Of a stretch of 64,000 nucleotides of DNA, positions 1 to 12,415 are shown piece after piece. This DNA is from the human T2T-CHM13v2.0 reference genome, Homo sapiens. The notes below the pieces were generated by a model, which was given only the letters and a program-made list of their open reading frames with translations, did no database searches and was not told the origin of the DNA. The stretch is taken from assembly GCF_009914755.1 (NCBI RefSeq), contig NC_060942.1. One strand, 5' to 3'. Position numbers and translations under genes: made by a program. How positions within the stretch are numbered: position 1 is the first letter of the stretch; each line of letters starts with the position of its first letter.

Positions 1-310
1 ACGTTGGTGGTGGTCAGGGAATCGAGTTAGCTGACTGTTACCTCAGGGACAGCCCCAGAAGATTGGCCCGGAGCCGTGTGAGTCCCTCTGGTCATGGGTG
101 ATCTTGGAGTTCACACAAGGAGTGTCCAGATGAGGACAAGAGGGTGGGGCCTGGCAGCTCCCAACTCAAGAGGATGTATCCTGGTTGTGGTGACCAGTTT
201 ATTTACTTGGAATTTTATGTGACATTGCGATGATCTTTTTGCTGACTTCTGTGCCTTCTAAGAATCCCTTCTGTCTTTTCCGTCCTGTCCTGTCCTGTCC
301 TCTCGGGTAG

Positions 311-334
311 ACTGATGAGGAGGAGGAAGTTGAG
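311..334 (+). CDS. FHOD3: FHOD3 24-nt alternative microexon encoding TDEEEEVE (striated-muscle T(D/E)5XE insert)
   Basis: ...cctgtcctctcgggtAG|ACT GAT GAG GAG GAG GAA GTT GAG|GTatga. Long pyrimidine tract upstream, phase 0-0, in frame with the exon at 1801. Peptide matches the known muscle-specific FHOD3 insert. Not in the ORF track. Confidence 0.93.
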
Positions 335-393
335 GTATGACCATTTATGAACATGAAGAATGCCACATTTTACCACCTCATGTATGCTCTGGT

Positions 394-488
394 CTAACCT
401 AACATAATCAGCATGAAGTGTCAGCACCATTCAGTGCTTTAAACAATGCATGGACATTTTTCTGGTTGGTTTTCGTGTGATCACTAAC
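394..488 (+). promoter_or_regulatory. Intronic splicing-regulator motif cluster downstream of the FHOD3 microexon (QKI and RBFOX motifs)
   Basis: CTAACCTAAC 394-403, GCATG 411-415, TGCATG 447-452, ACTAAC 483-488. Confidence 0.6.
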
Positions 489-1800
489 CACCTGACAGGG
501 GCTCTCATCATGCCACGTTTGCCAGGGACTGAAGGGTTAAATGCATTTTCCGAGCTGTCCCTGAGGCCCAGCTAATCAGTAACCATGTCACAAGTGGCAG
601 GTTTAGCAGGTCTCTCCCTGCTGCTGGAAAAGTGGACAGAGAATTTTCCTTTGGCAACTTAAATATGAGAACTAGATTCTGGAATAACCACATGAAGAGT
701 CCTGAAATCAAAGAGGAAGTGGGGCAGTGGCCAAGGGCCAGGCTAGAGTCTCTGTCCCCAGCCAGTAGGCAGCCTCTGATGTGTGACCATTTCCTCTGCT
801 GGTGTTAATGGCTCCCATGGGCCAACGTCCATGCAGTGGCAGATGGCAGGGGCTCTTCCCTAGACCCTGGATGCAGGTGCGAGAACCAGAGACCAAGGGG
901 GCTAATTGGCCCTGGAAAATAAGGAGAGAGCCGTGTAGATGCTACAAGCCACAGATTGTCCCCAACCCTGTTGCCATGCCTGAGACACTGGGTGACAAAG
1001 GAAGCCAGCAGTCTGTGGAGGTGTTCTTTGCAAATGTTAATCTGACTTTTTGTTCTTCATCCAGGTGTTCGGCATTGTGTACGTATGGTATTCCAGCATA
1101 CCTCTTTTAAAATATATATGTCCTGACCTTTTGTTCAGTTAGAGAAAATCAGCCTGAATTTATGTGTCTTGTTCTGTTTTGGGCCCTGATACCAATTCTT
1201 TTGGGGTCCCTGGCAAGCCACATATTCTTGAAGGGCCTCAGTTTCCTTTTCCATAAAAGCAAGGTGGGACTAGGTCTAGAAGAATTCTTCCCAACTCTTA
1301 ACATGCTAGGATTCTGTGATTGAATCCCACTTTTGTAATTCTACCATCGTAAGTGATACTTAAGAAAAATTTAACTGCTTTCTGACACTAAGTAAAAAAA
1401 TAAAGCTCAATATGCTTGGTTAACAAGGCATATTTCATTTCAATTCTTATATCAGGGCTTTGGTGTAAGAAACACATTTGGTTTTAGACCTTCCCAGAGC
1501 CAATGCCAGTTGCTCCTGACAGCCACCCTTTGAGGGGATCTGAGTGAGTGACAGAGACGGCTACAATGGATGAATGGGTGGTGGTCCTTCTGGGGCCGGG
1601 GGCTTTTCTGTCTCATATTAGATCTTCTTGTAGGCACAGATGTTTTGTCATTAGTTAACTTCAGTGACTGCCGTAATGAATGTGTCTGCAAACAAAACAA
1701 GACAGAGGAGAGGAGCTTTTCCTCAACCACGGGTTTTAGAAGCTTGAGTTGTCTTTTTGGGGAGTCTCCCTCACCTGCTAACTTCCCCTTGGTTTTGCAG

Positions 1801-1975
1801 TCTGGCAAGTTCTCCGGCAGTTCTCCGGCGCCCCCAAGCCAGCCGCAGGGTCTGAGCTATGCGGAGGACGCGGCTGAGCACGAGAACATGAAGGCTGTGC
1901 TGAAAACCTCGTCCCCCTCCGTGGAGGACGCCACCCCCGCGCTGGGCGTCCGCACACGCAGCCGAGCAAGCCGAG
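1801..1975 (+). CDS. FHOD3: FHOD3 internal coding exon (SGKFSGSSPAPPSQPQGLSYAEDAAEHENMKAVLKTSSPSVEDATPALGVRTRSRASR-G)
   Basis: Acceptor ttttgcAG at 1799-1800, donor GTaac at 1976. 175 nt, phase 0-1. Translation recognised as the FHOD3 post-FH2 region. CpG-rich. Confidence 0.95.
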
Positions 1976-2230
1976 GTAACTCCTGGCTGCGCGGGGCTCG
2001 TCTTGTCTTCTCAGGTTGGCCGCTCTGGGGGGGTCCGGTCTCCATCGCAGGCTGCGGTCCACGGCTGTGACTGGCCCTCGGCTCCAGTGCCAACCTAACC
2101 ACACACATTCCCTCACTAGCGTCTTCCTGACCCACCTTCAATAGCTTCATCTCCAAAACAAACATTCCCACGAGAGTACCTCACTTTACACAGAGGGAAT
2201 CCTTACCGGGGATGACCTCCTGAGGGAGAG

Positions 2231-2432
2231 CTGGGGTGGGCAGACTGCAACCTGCAAGCCAAATCCAGCCTTCCCCCTGCTTTTAGAAATAAAGTTTTGT
2301 TGGGACACAGCCATATTTACTCATTTGTGTAGTGTCTGTGGCTACTTTGGCAGAGTTGAGCCACTGTGGCAGACACTGTAGGACCTACAGAGCCTAAAAC
2401 ATCTACTACACAGGACAAGGTTGCCAACCCTG
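2231..2432. mobile_element. MER58A-like hAT-Charlie MITE
   Basis: ...aaataaagttttgttgggacacagccat...; ends ggttgccaaccctg. Confidence 0.7.
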
Positions 2433-3707
2433 CCCTACAGCACTACCCCTTTGTCCCTTTTTCACATCCTTAGGCAGAGACAAAAACTAAAACTTCAAAA
2501 TGGCGGCCAGATTCGAGTTTCCAGATTTGTTTTTATCATTAGAAGGGATTAAGATGCATTTGACATCTGTGAATGTTTCCTCGTGTTTCCCTGGTCTGGC
2601 CTGATAACCCATTGACCCTCCTGGGTTTCTTCACTGCCTGCAGGGTGAAGCCCACAGTATTCACACTGTTCTTGGAGGCCCCCTGTAGGCAGGTCCTGTC
2701 CTATCTCCCAAGCTTGGCATTCCCTCACCCTGCATGGTCACCGCGGCGCTTCTCCGCACGCTGCTCGTCCTAGAGTCCCCGCTCTTCTCATGCTGCTCCC
2801 TCAGTTCAGGATGCCCGCTCCTCTGCCTGTCCCGTTCCCATTCACCTCATCCTCTGGGCACTGTCCCTATCACCAGGCCACTCTTTCTCTTCCATGCACT
2901 CCAGAGACCCCAGTTAGATCTACTAAAGATGGTCAACTTTAAGGAGAATCAACTGTTGGAGACAGGCTTTCTTCTCTCGGTGTTTGCTTAGCACACACTA
3001 TGCGTGCAGCTAGAAGAAACCATATAATCTTGTCCAAGCTGGGATGCTTTGGAGTGTGAAAGGGGGTGCTAGTAGTAATTATGCTGGGAGAGCAAGTAAA
3101 ACAGCATGCCAGGTAAGCTGGTTTGTGGGTTGCCATACACATCACAGAAATGCAGTAGTGAGTGAACAGATGAATATTGCGCCCACCAGACATTTTCGTA
3201 GGCTCTAATGAACATGCAGGCAGAAAGGCAGCTAGAATCTGGAGGGCTGCAGTCTGGAGAAACCTGAGGAGGCTCTTCAGTGACTTCTAATAGGCTTTGC
3301 TCACTAACTAGTGCTTTTTGGAATCTTGCTGTTGTCAACATTCTTAAATATACAAAAATAACGGTAGTAATGATAAATTCAACATAATGGAAAAAATAAA
3401 TGCAGCTTTGAGTTTTCTTGAGAAGAAGGTGAGTCATTACCACACCACGCATGTGGCTGATTGTAGTTTCCTATGAACCAAAGAGCCACAAACTGCTGTC
3501 CAAGGAGGACCTCAAAGGGACCTGCAGGCTGTGCTCCAGAACCCTAGGGCTTTTGTGGGATTCCCAAGCAGATTGGCACTTCAGTCTTTTTTACTAAATT
3601 ACTGACTGGTTTTCTCACTTCATGTGACTACAGTGTTACTAACTCTAGTTCTCTTTTCTTCTGTCTTAATGTTGGACTTTGGTGTTTACCTTTTAATATA
3701 GGGCATC

Positions 3708-4852
<1,145 letters not shown>

Positions 4853-6559
4853 GGATTCTACTTTGATGCACAGCTGAAAATATGCTTGAAGAAGGGCTTC
4901 CTCCCTCCCTGCCCCAGTGTTACACCAACTGAGGCACAGATGACAGGGTGGAAAAATCATATCTTTTACTACAGCCTTGATCCCCAGACACCCTAAGTAT
5001 TTGCATATGTTATTATTACATCAAAGAATTAAAGATAATTAGTCTCTCTGAGATCGGGTCTTTCCAAACCTCTTTCCAAAACTGTAATTTCCATAGATAG
5101 TTTTGGATGTGGAATTGGGAGAAGAAAATAATATTATGCTTTGGCAATGAAAAGGTAGCCTTTTAGTGACCAAGAGCAGACAGACACAGCTGAGGAGAAC
5201 CAAAACCCTGATTTTATGTGGGATACATTCTGATTGTCTGGTTTGCTATATGGAAGGAAAGGTACCCTCTTCTTGACCAGTGCTGTCTGTAAAAGACCTC
5301 CATTCCAGGAAGTGATTGGAGAGAGAGTGTGTGTAAACAAGAAAGAAGAGGAGAGAAGAAGGTGGGGAAGGCCAGAAAGTGAAGAAAACAGTCTCATTAA
5401 ATGGTGAACAATAGAGACTGTCAGTGTAGAGCCAGCATAAAACAAGGATGAGAAATCGTTTTGCAGTGTTGGGGGACATGGCAAGGGGTATCACTTTTAC
5501 CTTGTGGCACCCAAAAAGGCCTAAGACATCCCATGTATGAGCTTGTCTTTGCCCAGCAGCTCTTGCAGGCTTTGTATGCTAGGCTAAACATGGCCAACAG
5601 GGATGTGAAGGTGAACATTAATGCCTGCACCATGGTGACCCCAGCCATCAGACCAGAGTCTTGAGCCCCTGTGTCTTGGTGGATGCAGGAGGAGTGCAGT
5701 TGAAGCCTTCTTAGGGGGTGGATCTCAGTAATAGAACATAAATAGGTTGTACCAATTTTAAAGGAAAAGAAACATCTATTCCTGACCAGAAAGGATAGCG
5801 AGAAAAGATGTTGCTGGGTTTGTACAACATGGGGTCATCTTTGCTGGCGTATGAAAGGGATTAGAATGGGAGGCTGTTCAGTTTCTCTGCACATTAATGC
5901 CAATCTCAAGGGAGACTTCTGCTTTCATGCAGCATGTGTTATGGAGTGGCAAGCCACCCACCTGCTACAACAACTAGAAGTAAAAATAATAAAGCCTTCT
6001 TTGAAAAAACATTAGAGAACTGTAAAAGGAAAGAGGACTAGACAAACTAGAATTGGAGGTGAGCTGACATTGCCTCTCTGTGAGCATTTGCCAAATCTGG
6101 GCACAAGCTGAGGATTGGGCTTATGGTAGTGGAGTGACTCTAATGGGAAAGAGAAGCCAGCAGAATTTGTAGTAGCTGTATGAACTGGTACAAGAGATTG
6201 AAATTGAGAGGAGGCTAAAATGCAGATGATTTTCTCCATGAGACATTTGCTAAATGGAGCACTGCGGGATGGGGGTTGGAGGGAGGAAGGTCAGCGGGTG
6301 ATGCTGTGCTAGAAATGTTGAAGGAGATGTCCTGCAGTCTTTAAACTGAGGAGACAAAGATAGGCTAGAGTAAGCACCTTGAACAGATACTTACTGATCT
6401 TGGCCTCAAGAAAAAGAGAGGTGGGAAGTGGACTGATTGTTAATTAAAGCTGCTGTCTGGCCTAAACCCAGCTCAATACCTCACTGTATCTGTTAATAGC
6501 AGAGAAAAGACTCTCTGGAGGAAAATAATGCTGACTTCAGTCTCTACGTTCTTCTATAC

Positions 6560-7400
6560 ACAAAGTCCAGTGTAATAAAAATTACAAGCCACAGGAATAA
6601 CATGAAAATATGACTGAAAATCAAGAAGAAAAATAGATAATAGCAGCAGACCCATAAGTGATTCAGATGTTGAAATCTACAGTCAAGGACTTGAAATGAC
6701 CATTATAAATGTTAAAATAAAAACTAAAAGGAAACATAGACAAGTGGGTAAAAAGGTAGATAATTTCAGTAGCAAATTAGACTCTATAAATAAGAATCAA
6801 ATGGATATTCCAGAACTACAAAACAAAATATCTGAAATAAACTCATTGGATGGGCTTAGCAGAGATTGATCACAGCAAAAGAGGATTAGTGAATTCAAAG
6901 GCAGGTTAATAGAAAATGTATAAACAGAAGCATAGTGAGAAAAAATGGAAAGAATAGAATAAAATATAAGATCTGAGGGACACAGTTGAATGGTCTAACA
7001 TGTGTAATTGGAGTACTGGAAAAAGATGGACCAGAAGCAATATTTGAAGAGATTGAAGAGATTTGAAGAGATGGCTGAGAATTTACCAAAACAGATAAAT
7101 ATCAACCAACATATTTAAGAAACTTAGGAAATCCAAGAAGAGTAAGTACAAAGAGAACCATACCATAGACAAAGTGCTAAAATAAATAAATAAATAAATA
7201 AAGATAAAATCTTTAAAACAGAGAAGAAAGATACATTGCCTCCTATGGTGCAATGATAATAATGATGGCTCAATTTTCAAAAGGAACTGTAGAAGCCAGA
7301 ACAAAAAGGAATGATATCTTTAAACTGCCAGAACAAAAAACTTCAACCACAGAAGTCTATCTTCAGAGAAATCGTCTTTCAGAAATGAAAGCAAACTTTT
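6560..7400 (+). mobile_element. Old L1 (L1M) ORF1-region fragment
   Basis: A-rich, L1-like motifs (ctcattggatgggcttagcagag, aacatgtgtaattggagtac, aaaggaatgatatctttaaa). No intact frame. Confidence 0.65.
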
Positions 7401-8438
7401 TACATTAAAACAGTAGAATATCCATTTTGACTTAAGTGTTTTCCTTGTAGACTCTTTCTTTAGGTTAGATTTCTATAAGGGGAAAAACAAATTTCAGTGC
7501 TTTCTTTCAAATCTCAGTTTTCATGTTTTAGAAAAATAAAAGTAAAGTGGTATTGTGCTATTATGGTCTAGATTGCTTTATCCTCTCCACCACATCTCAA
7601 ATGTCTTGCTAACACTTACTACTACATGGTCCCTTGGGTATGTAAAATGTGTGTGCAGTATTACCCTGATGGCTACAGTGTGGGTGCAAGGGTTCCAGGA
7701 AGAGGAATGTATACATGACTAGGAAGAATGGAAATAAATGGTAATCAGGCAGTGAGGATATAACCAAGAGGAGCGGACATAAAGTAGAACCAGGAATGAA
7801 GTCGTGAGAGAATGAAGTCATCATAAAACTGAGTTGACAATCTTGGACCTAGGGCAAGATGTTTCCTTTAAGCATCTCCTGACACATTACATTGACAGAA
7901 GATCCCTGGGATTGTGTAAGATGGAAAAGTATAGGTAATTCTCAGAGGGAAGATTAGATGATGCCTTCATTTCTGGCCCAGTGCTCTGCAAATGTATTAT
8001 GAGCAAAGACAATTTATTGAGCTTTGCATGTTTTTAGAAGGTATTTCGGCATTTTAAGATAAGACAAAATTATAAATCAATAGATAAAAGGGAAAACAGG
8101 AAATTGCGGGGTAAAACACAATTGCATGATTGATTGCTCTACTCTGAGGAGGACCATTGTTCAGAGGATCTGCAGAGGCCCAGTCTAAAAGCTGTGGCAT
8201 TATAAGGACTTTTATTTCCAATTAAAATACCGTGACCATTCTGAGAATGCAGAGACTTTCAGCAGCAATTTCAACAGTTTATTTTTTAAAAGAGTCTATT
8301 TTTTAAAGGATTTATAATGCTGAAAAAAACTGGCCTAATAGCAAGTAGATCAAGTTCCTTTGGGTATAAGCACAAAAAGTACAATCTACTGTTTTTGCAT
8401 GTGCTCATGCTGTAGGTATGCTATCATTTAAAAAATAA

Positions 8439-8764
<326 letters not shown>

Positions 8765-9463
8765 AACAAAAATCTTACCATTGGAAAACATCATTGTTCT
8801 ATAGCCACAGGTTTTATGTACATGCAGGTGACAGGGCACCTGGTGTCCTGGCTCTCCTTTTGCAAAGTGTGAAATATTTATGTATTTAATTCAGTCATGA
8901 ATTTTACTATCAGAAATTATGACTACTTTATAGCACAGTGTGTATTTGCAGCAATATGTCAACTACACACACACACACACATATATATGAAAATCACAGT
9001 CCATTGAACTGTGATCCGCTGTTCCCAACCATTTCCATTGATATCTATTTTTTCTTGGTTCATTCATTACCAGCCAGGTGGTTGTAAGCACCAAAACTTA
9101 AAAAAAAAATTAGTGTGGGAGAACTCAAACATTTTAACTATTTATTAACATTTTTTTCCTCCAAGTTGGGAAAGGCTGGCAGTTCCCTTGTGTTGTACTT
9201 TAGTCAGGCTGGGGCTACTTGTGTGCCATAGGCAATGATTCTGATAATTCTCACCTACAGGTTTTTGAAGTTGTTGTGCATCTACTATAAAATGAAGTGT
9301 AGATGGTAGAAATTAACAATTTTGAGCATATTGTACATCTTTCCTCTTGTAGCAACATATATTCACTATCGTATAGAAGAGATTTCACAAGAAAGCTGAT
9401 CAATTACAAAGATGTAGTTCTGGATATATTACATTAGCATTAATTTCTAACTGTTTAACACTG

Positions 9464-9690
9464 CAGTTGACCTTTGAACAACTTGGATTTGATGGAGCAC
9501 ATCTACCTACATGCAGATTTTTTCCAACAATACAGATCAAAAATAAAGTATTTGCAGGATGCGAAGCCCATGTATATAGAGGGCTGTAAACCCAAGTTCT
9601 GCAGAGTTGATTGTGGAACTTGATTATGCACAGATTTGGATATACTTGGGAGTACTGGAACAAATCCCTCTGTATACTGAGGGATGACTG
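9464..9690. mobile_element. TcMar-Tigger MITE (MER8/MER2-like)
   Basis: Termini cagttgacctttgaaca...tatactgagggatgactg resemble Tigger terminal inverted repeats. Confidence 0.65.
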
Positions 9691-10409
9691 TGCTTGGGAC
9701 CCATGTTTTGGTGATGCTTTCTTCTGACTTGTTTTAATATGTAGTTATTTATAAACTACAGAAAATGTTGAGGGAGCAGATTTATGTACCAGAGAAAAAT
9801 TTAAGTTACCAACCCCTTTGCTGGTTAAAGAGGGCAATCCTGTTACAATTTTTAAAGGCTAGATAATTCAAAGATAAACTGTGTATTATAAAATCTATTT
9901 CTTTCTACTTAGCGAGAAGTTAGGGTCAGCTGACAGACTAGGCACATACAACCACTGATAGAGAGCTGACCCAGTAAGACCCTCAGTGAGTCTCTACATT
10001 ACTAGATGTGCATCACCGGATATTGATGGCTGTGTAGCAGGGTGTGGCTTGGGTCATCTGCCCTCAGGTGATCACAGGACCTGGCAGGTAAAGACAACAC
10101 ACCTGGGTTGGAGAGTTAAATAATAATGAGAGACAAGATGCACAGCTGTGTTACAGGGTGATATGAAATAAGTGCCCCGCGTATGGGTTTGCTCAGAGCC
10201 TGCAGGGTAGCAGTCACGAGTTATGGTGGTGCTCCCTGCAGTGGGGACAGGTTAGCCCTCTGGATCTATCACTAGCTCTGGGGCTTTAACTCTGGCCTTC
10301 CCTGTGATCTGTTGCTGAAAGAACTCAACTGCTTGGAGGAATACTGCTGCATATATCTTTTGTGTTTTCCTTCTGAGTATGTTGTGCACTCTGGCTGTTT
10401 AATTTTTAG

Positions 10410-10571
10410 GATCCACTAGTTCCTGGACTATGGGAACTGATGACTCGCCCAATGTCACAGATGATGCAGCTGATGAGATCATGGACCGCATCGTCAAGTC
10501 AGCCACCCAAGTGCCCAGTCAGCGAGTGGTGCCGAGGGAGAGGAAACGATCCCGGGCCAACCGGAAATCTT
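10410..10571 (+). CDS. FHOD3: FHOD3 penultimate exon, diaphanous autoregulatory domain (GSTSSWTMGTDDSPNVTDDAADEIMDRIVKSATQVPSQRVVPRERKRSRANRKS-L)
   Basis: Acceptor tttttAG at 10408-10409, donor GTgagt at 10572. 162 nt, phase 1-1, continues the frame from 1975. Contains the MDxIV DAD core plus the basic cluster. Confidence 0.95.
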
Positions 10572-10950
10572 GTGAGTGCATTAAAGGAGGGGCGAGCCTT
10601 CACCCCTACAGGGATCTGCCCTCCCATTCTACGTGAACTGGGAAAGGTGGAGACACAGCTCCAGTGAATTGTCAGTGGCTCCCAGAGTGCCTACTTGCAC
10701 TCATCCACAGAAAGTTTCAGGGTTGGCTGTTGACGTTGGCCATTGTGGAGGAGGGGAGCTGCAGCCACACCTGTTCAGTGTATCTGCCATTGGTGGCTAG
10801 GCCTCTCTCAATTCATACTTTCTTCCCAGGAAGGTATGAAAAGTCCTTAAGTGTCTGTGGTGTACCAGGGGTGAGCACGATGGGCTAGTGGAGCCCATCG
10901 TCAAGTCCAGCCTAAGATGCTCTGCTGGAGGCTGTGTTTCTGCCCTGCAC

Positions 10951-10969
10951 CCAGCACCAGGGGGCGCTT
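10951..10969 (+). promoter_or_regulatory. Candidate CTCF site (forward)
   Basis: CCAGCACCAGGGGGCGCTT versus core CCACCAGGGGGCGC, one mismatch. Confidence 0.5.
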
Positions 10970-11769
10970 GTGGGGCTGGAGACTGGCCTCTCCTGGGTTC
11001 ATCGCTGCCCACAAGCATGTTGAAGGCAAAAACTAGGGTAGCAAGGGATTTGATGGTCATTGGGATGCTTGAAATATTTAACGTGGCCTAGGTTGACCAT
11101 TTTTTCCTTTTCCCACCAAATAGAGGATTCAACTAAATCAAAGAGACTGATTTTCCTTTTTGGTCTGAACCTACTGCCTGCTCCTGCCCACCCAACTCAT
11201 GGGTGTGGGGTTGCCTCTGTCTGCCCCTCTCAGGGACAGTGCTCCATAGGGAAACAGGTTCCTGTAGATCCTTTGACATCTCCCTGCATGAGCTGTGGCC
11301 TTGAGTGTTTCAGAAGAGCACTCAGCCAGCCGCTGGGTCACTCTAGAGGCTGCTTTAGTCTCCACTGGCTTTGCCTCTGAGAATAAGGGTTAGTGACAAG
11401 GAAAGAAGCCAGTGGCTTCCTCCTGTTTTCTCCCAAAAGTGAAAGGAGCATGAGTCCAGCTAGGCAGGGAGTTGAGTAAGTACTCAAATTCAGAGAGCCC
11501 CAAACTTGTTCCACCCTTGAGATTCACACAGGAGGTGACCAGGGTGTGGCCTGTGTATGTTGGACCCAGTGGTTCTGCTTGACCCATTTACACACGTTTC
11601 CAGGATACAGAACACTAACCCACATTCCTGTGGTCCCCTGCTCCTTTCCTATGATCTGCTTTCGTTTCTGATGAGAATTTTTCCCCAGAAAGGAAAATAA
11701 CACTTGAGGTTGGGGTGGGGGTGCAGATAGGGATGGGATGAGGAGCAGGGAATGGGATTCTCATTCAGT

Positions 11770-11980
11770 AAGATGGGTGGACTGAGAATCTGTTTCTGAC
11801 AAGCTCCTAGATGAGGTTAATGCTTCTGGCCCTTGGTACACACTGTGAGTAACAAGGCTCTTGAGCTGTGGTTCTCAACCCTGGATACACATTAGAATGT
11901 TCTGCAGAGATGTTTAAATTCCTGATATCTGGGCTGCACCCACACACACTACTTCAGAACCTCAGGGGTGAGGCCTTGAG
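11770..11980. mobile_element. MER5-family hAT-Charlie fragments
   Basis: gacaagctcctagatgagg...; gtggttctcaaccctggatacacattagaat. Confidence 0.5.
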
Positions 11981-12249
11981 GTGTGGGTCCCTGCCCCTTG
12001 GATTAGTGGCATTAGGTGTGGGCTCTCTCTTTATTGTATGCCTTCCTCTGCTCTCCACTACGTTTATTTCATTTTTTAAATGGAAAACTATCGTTCAGGG
12101 AGACTGGCTTGTACATCTTCAAGAATATGTTTGTAGATTCCAACATCAATATCTAAGGCCTTTACATTTCTTTCTTCTGATATTTTCCTATATTCTCACT
12201 GCTACTATGAATTCTTTGCTGTCTCCTGGTGCACTTGTGAAAGAACTTG

Positions 12250-12415
12250 GCTAGGGGCTCGCAACTCAAAGTTGAACCTCAGACAATACGTGTGTCTCCT
12301 GGAGGCTTGTTGGAATTGCAGATTTATGGGCCCCCTTTCTAGGGCAACTGATTCAAATCTGCATTTAATGAGATCCCCAGGTGATTCATGTTCATAATAA
12401 GATGGACAGCACCGG
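12250..12415. mobile_element. MER5-family fragment
   Basis: ...aaatctgcatttaatgagatccccaggtgattcatg. Confidence 0.5.

Noticed and set aside
1570-2070. 166-aa ORF as a stand-alone gene
   Set aside because: Only 1801-1975 is exonic FHOD3, bounded by AG/GT. The flanks are intron read-through.
1778-2171. Antisense ORFs over the FHOD3 exon
   Set aside because: Shadow ORFs of GC-rich coding sequence with no independent signals.
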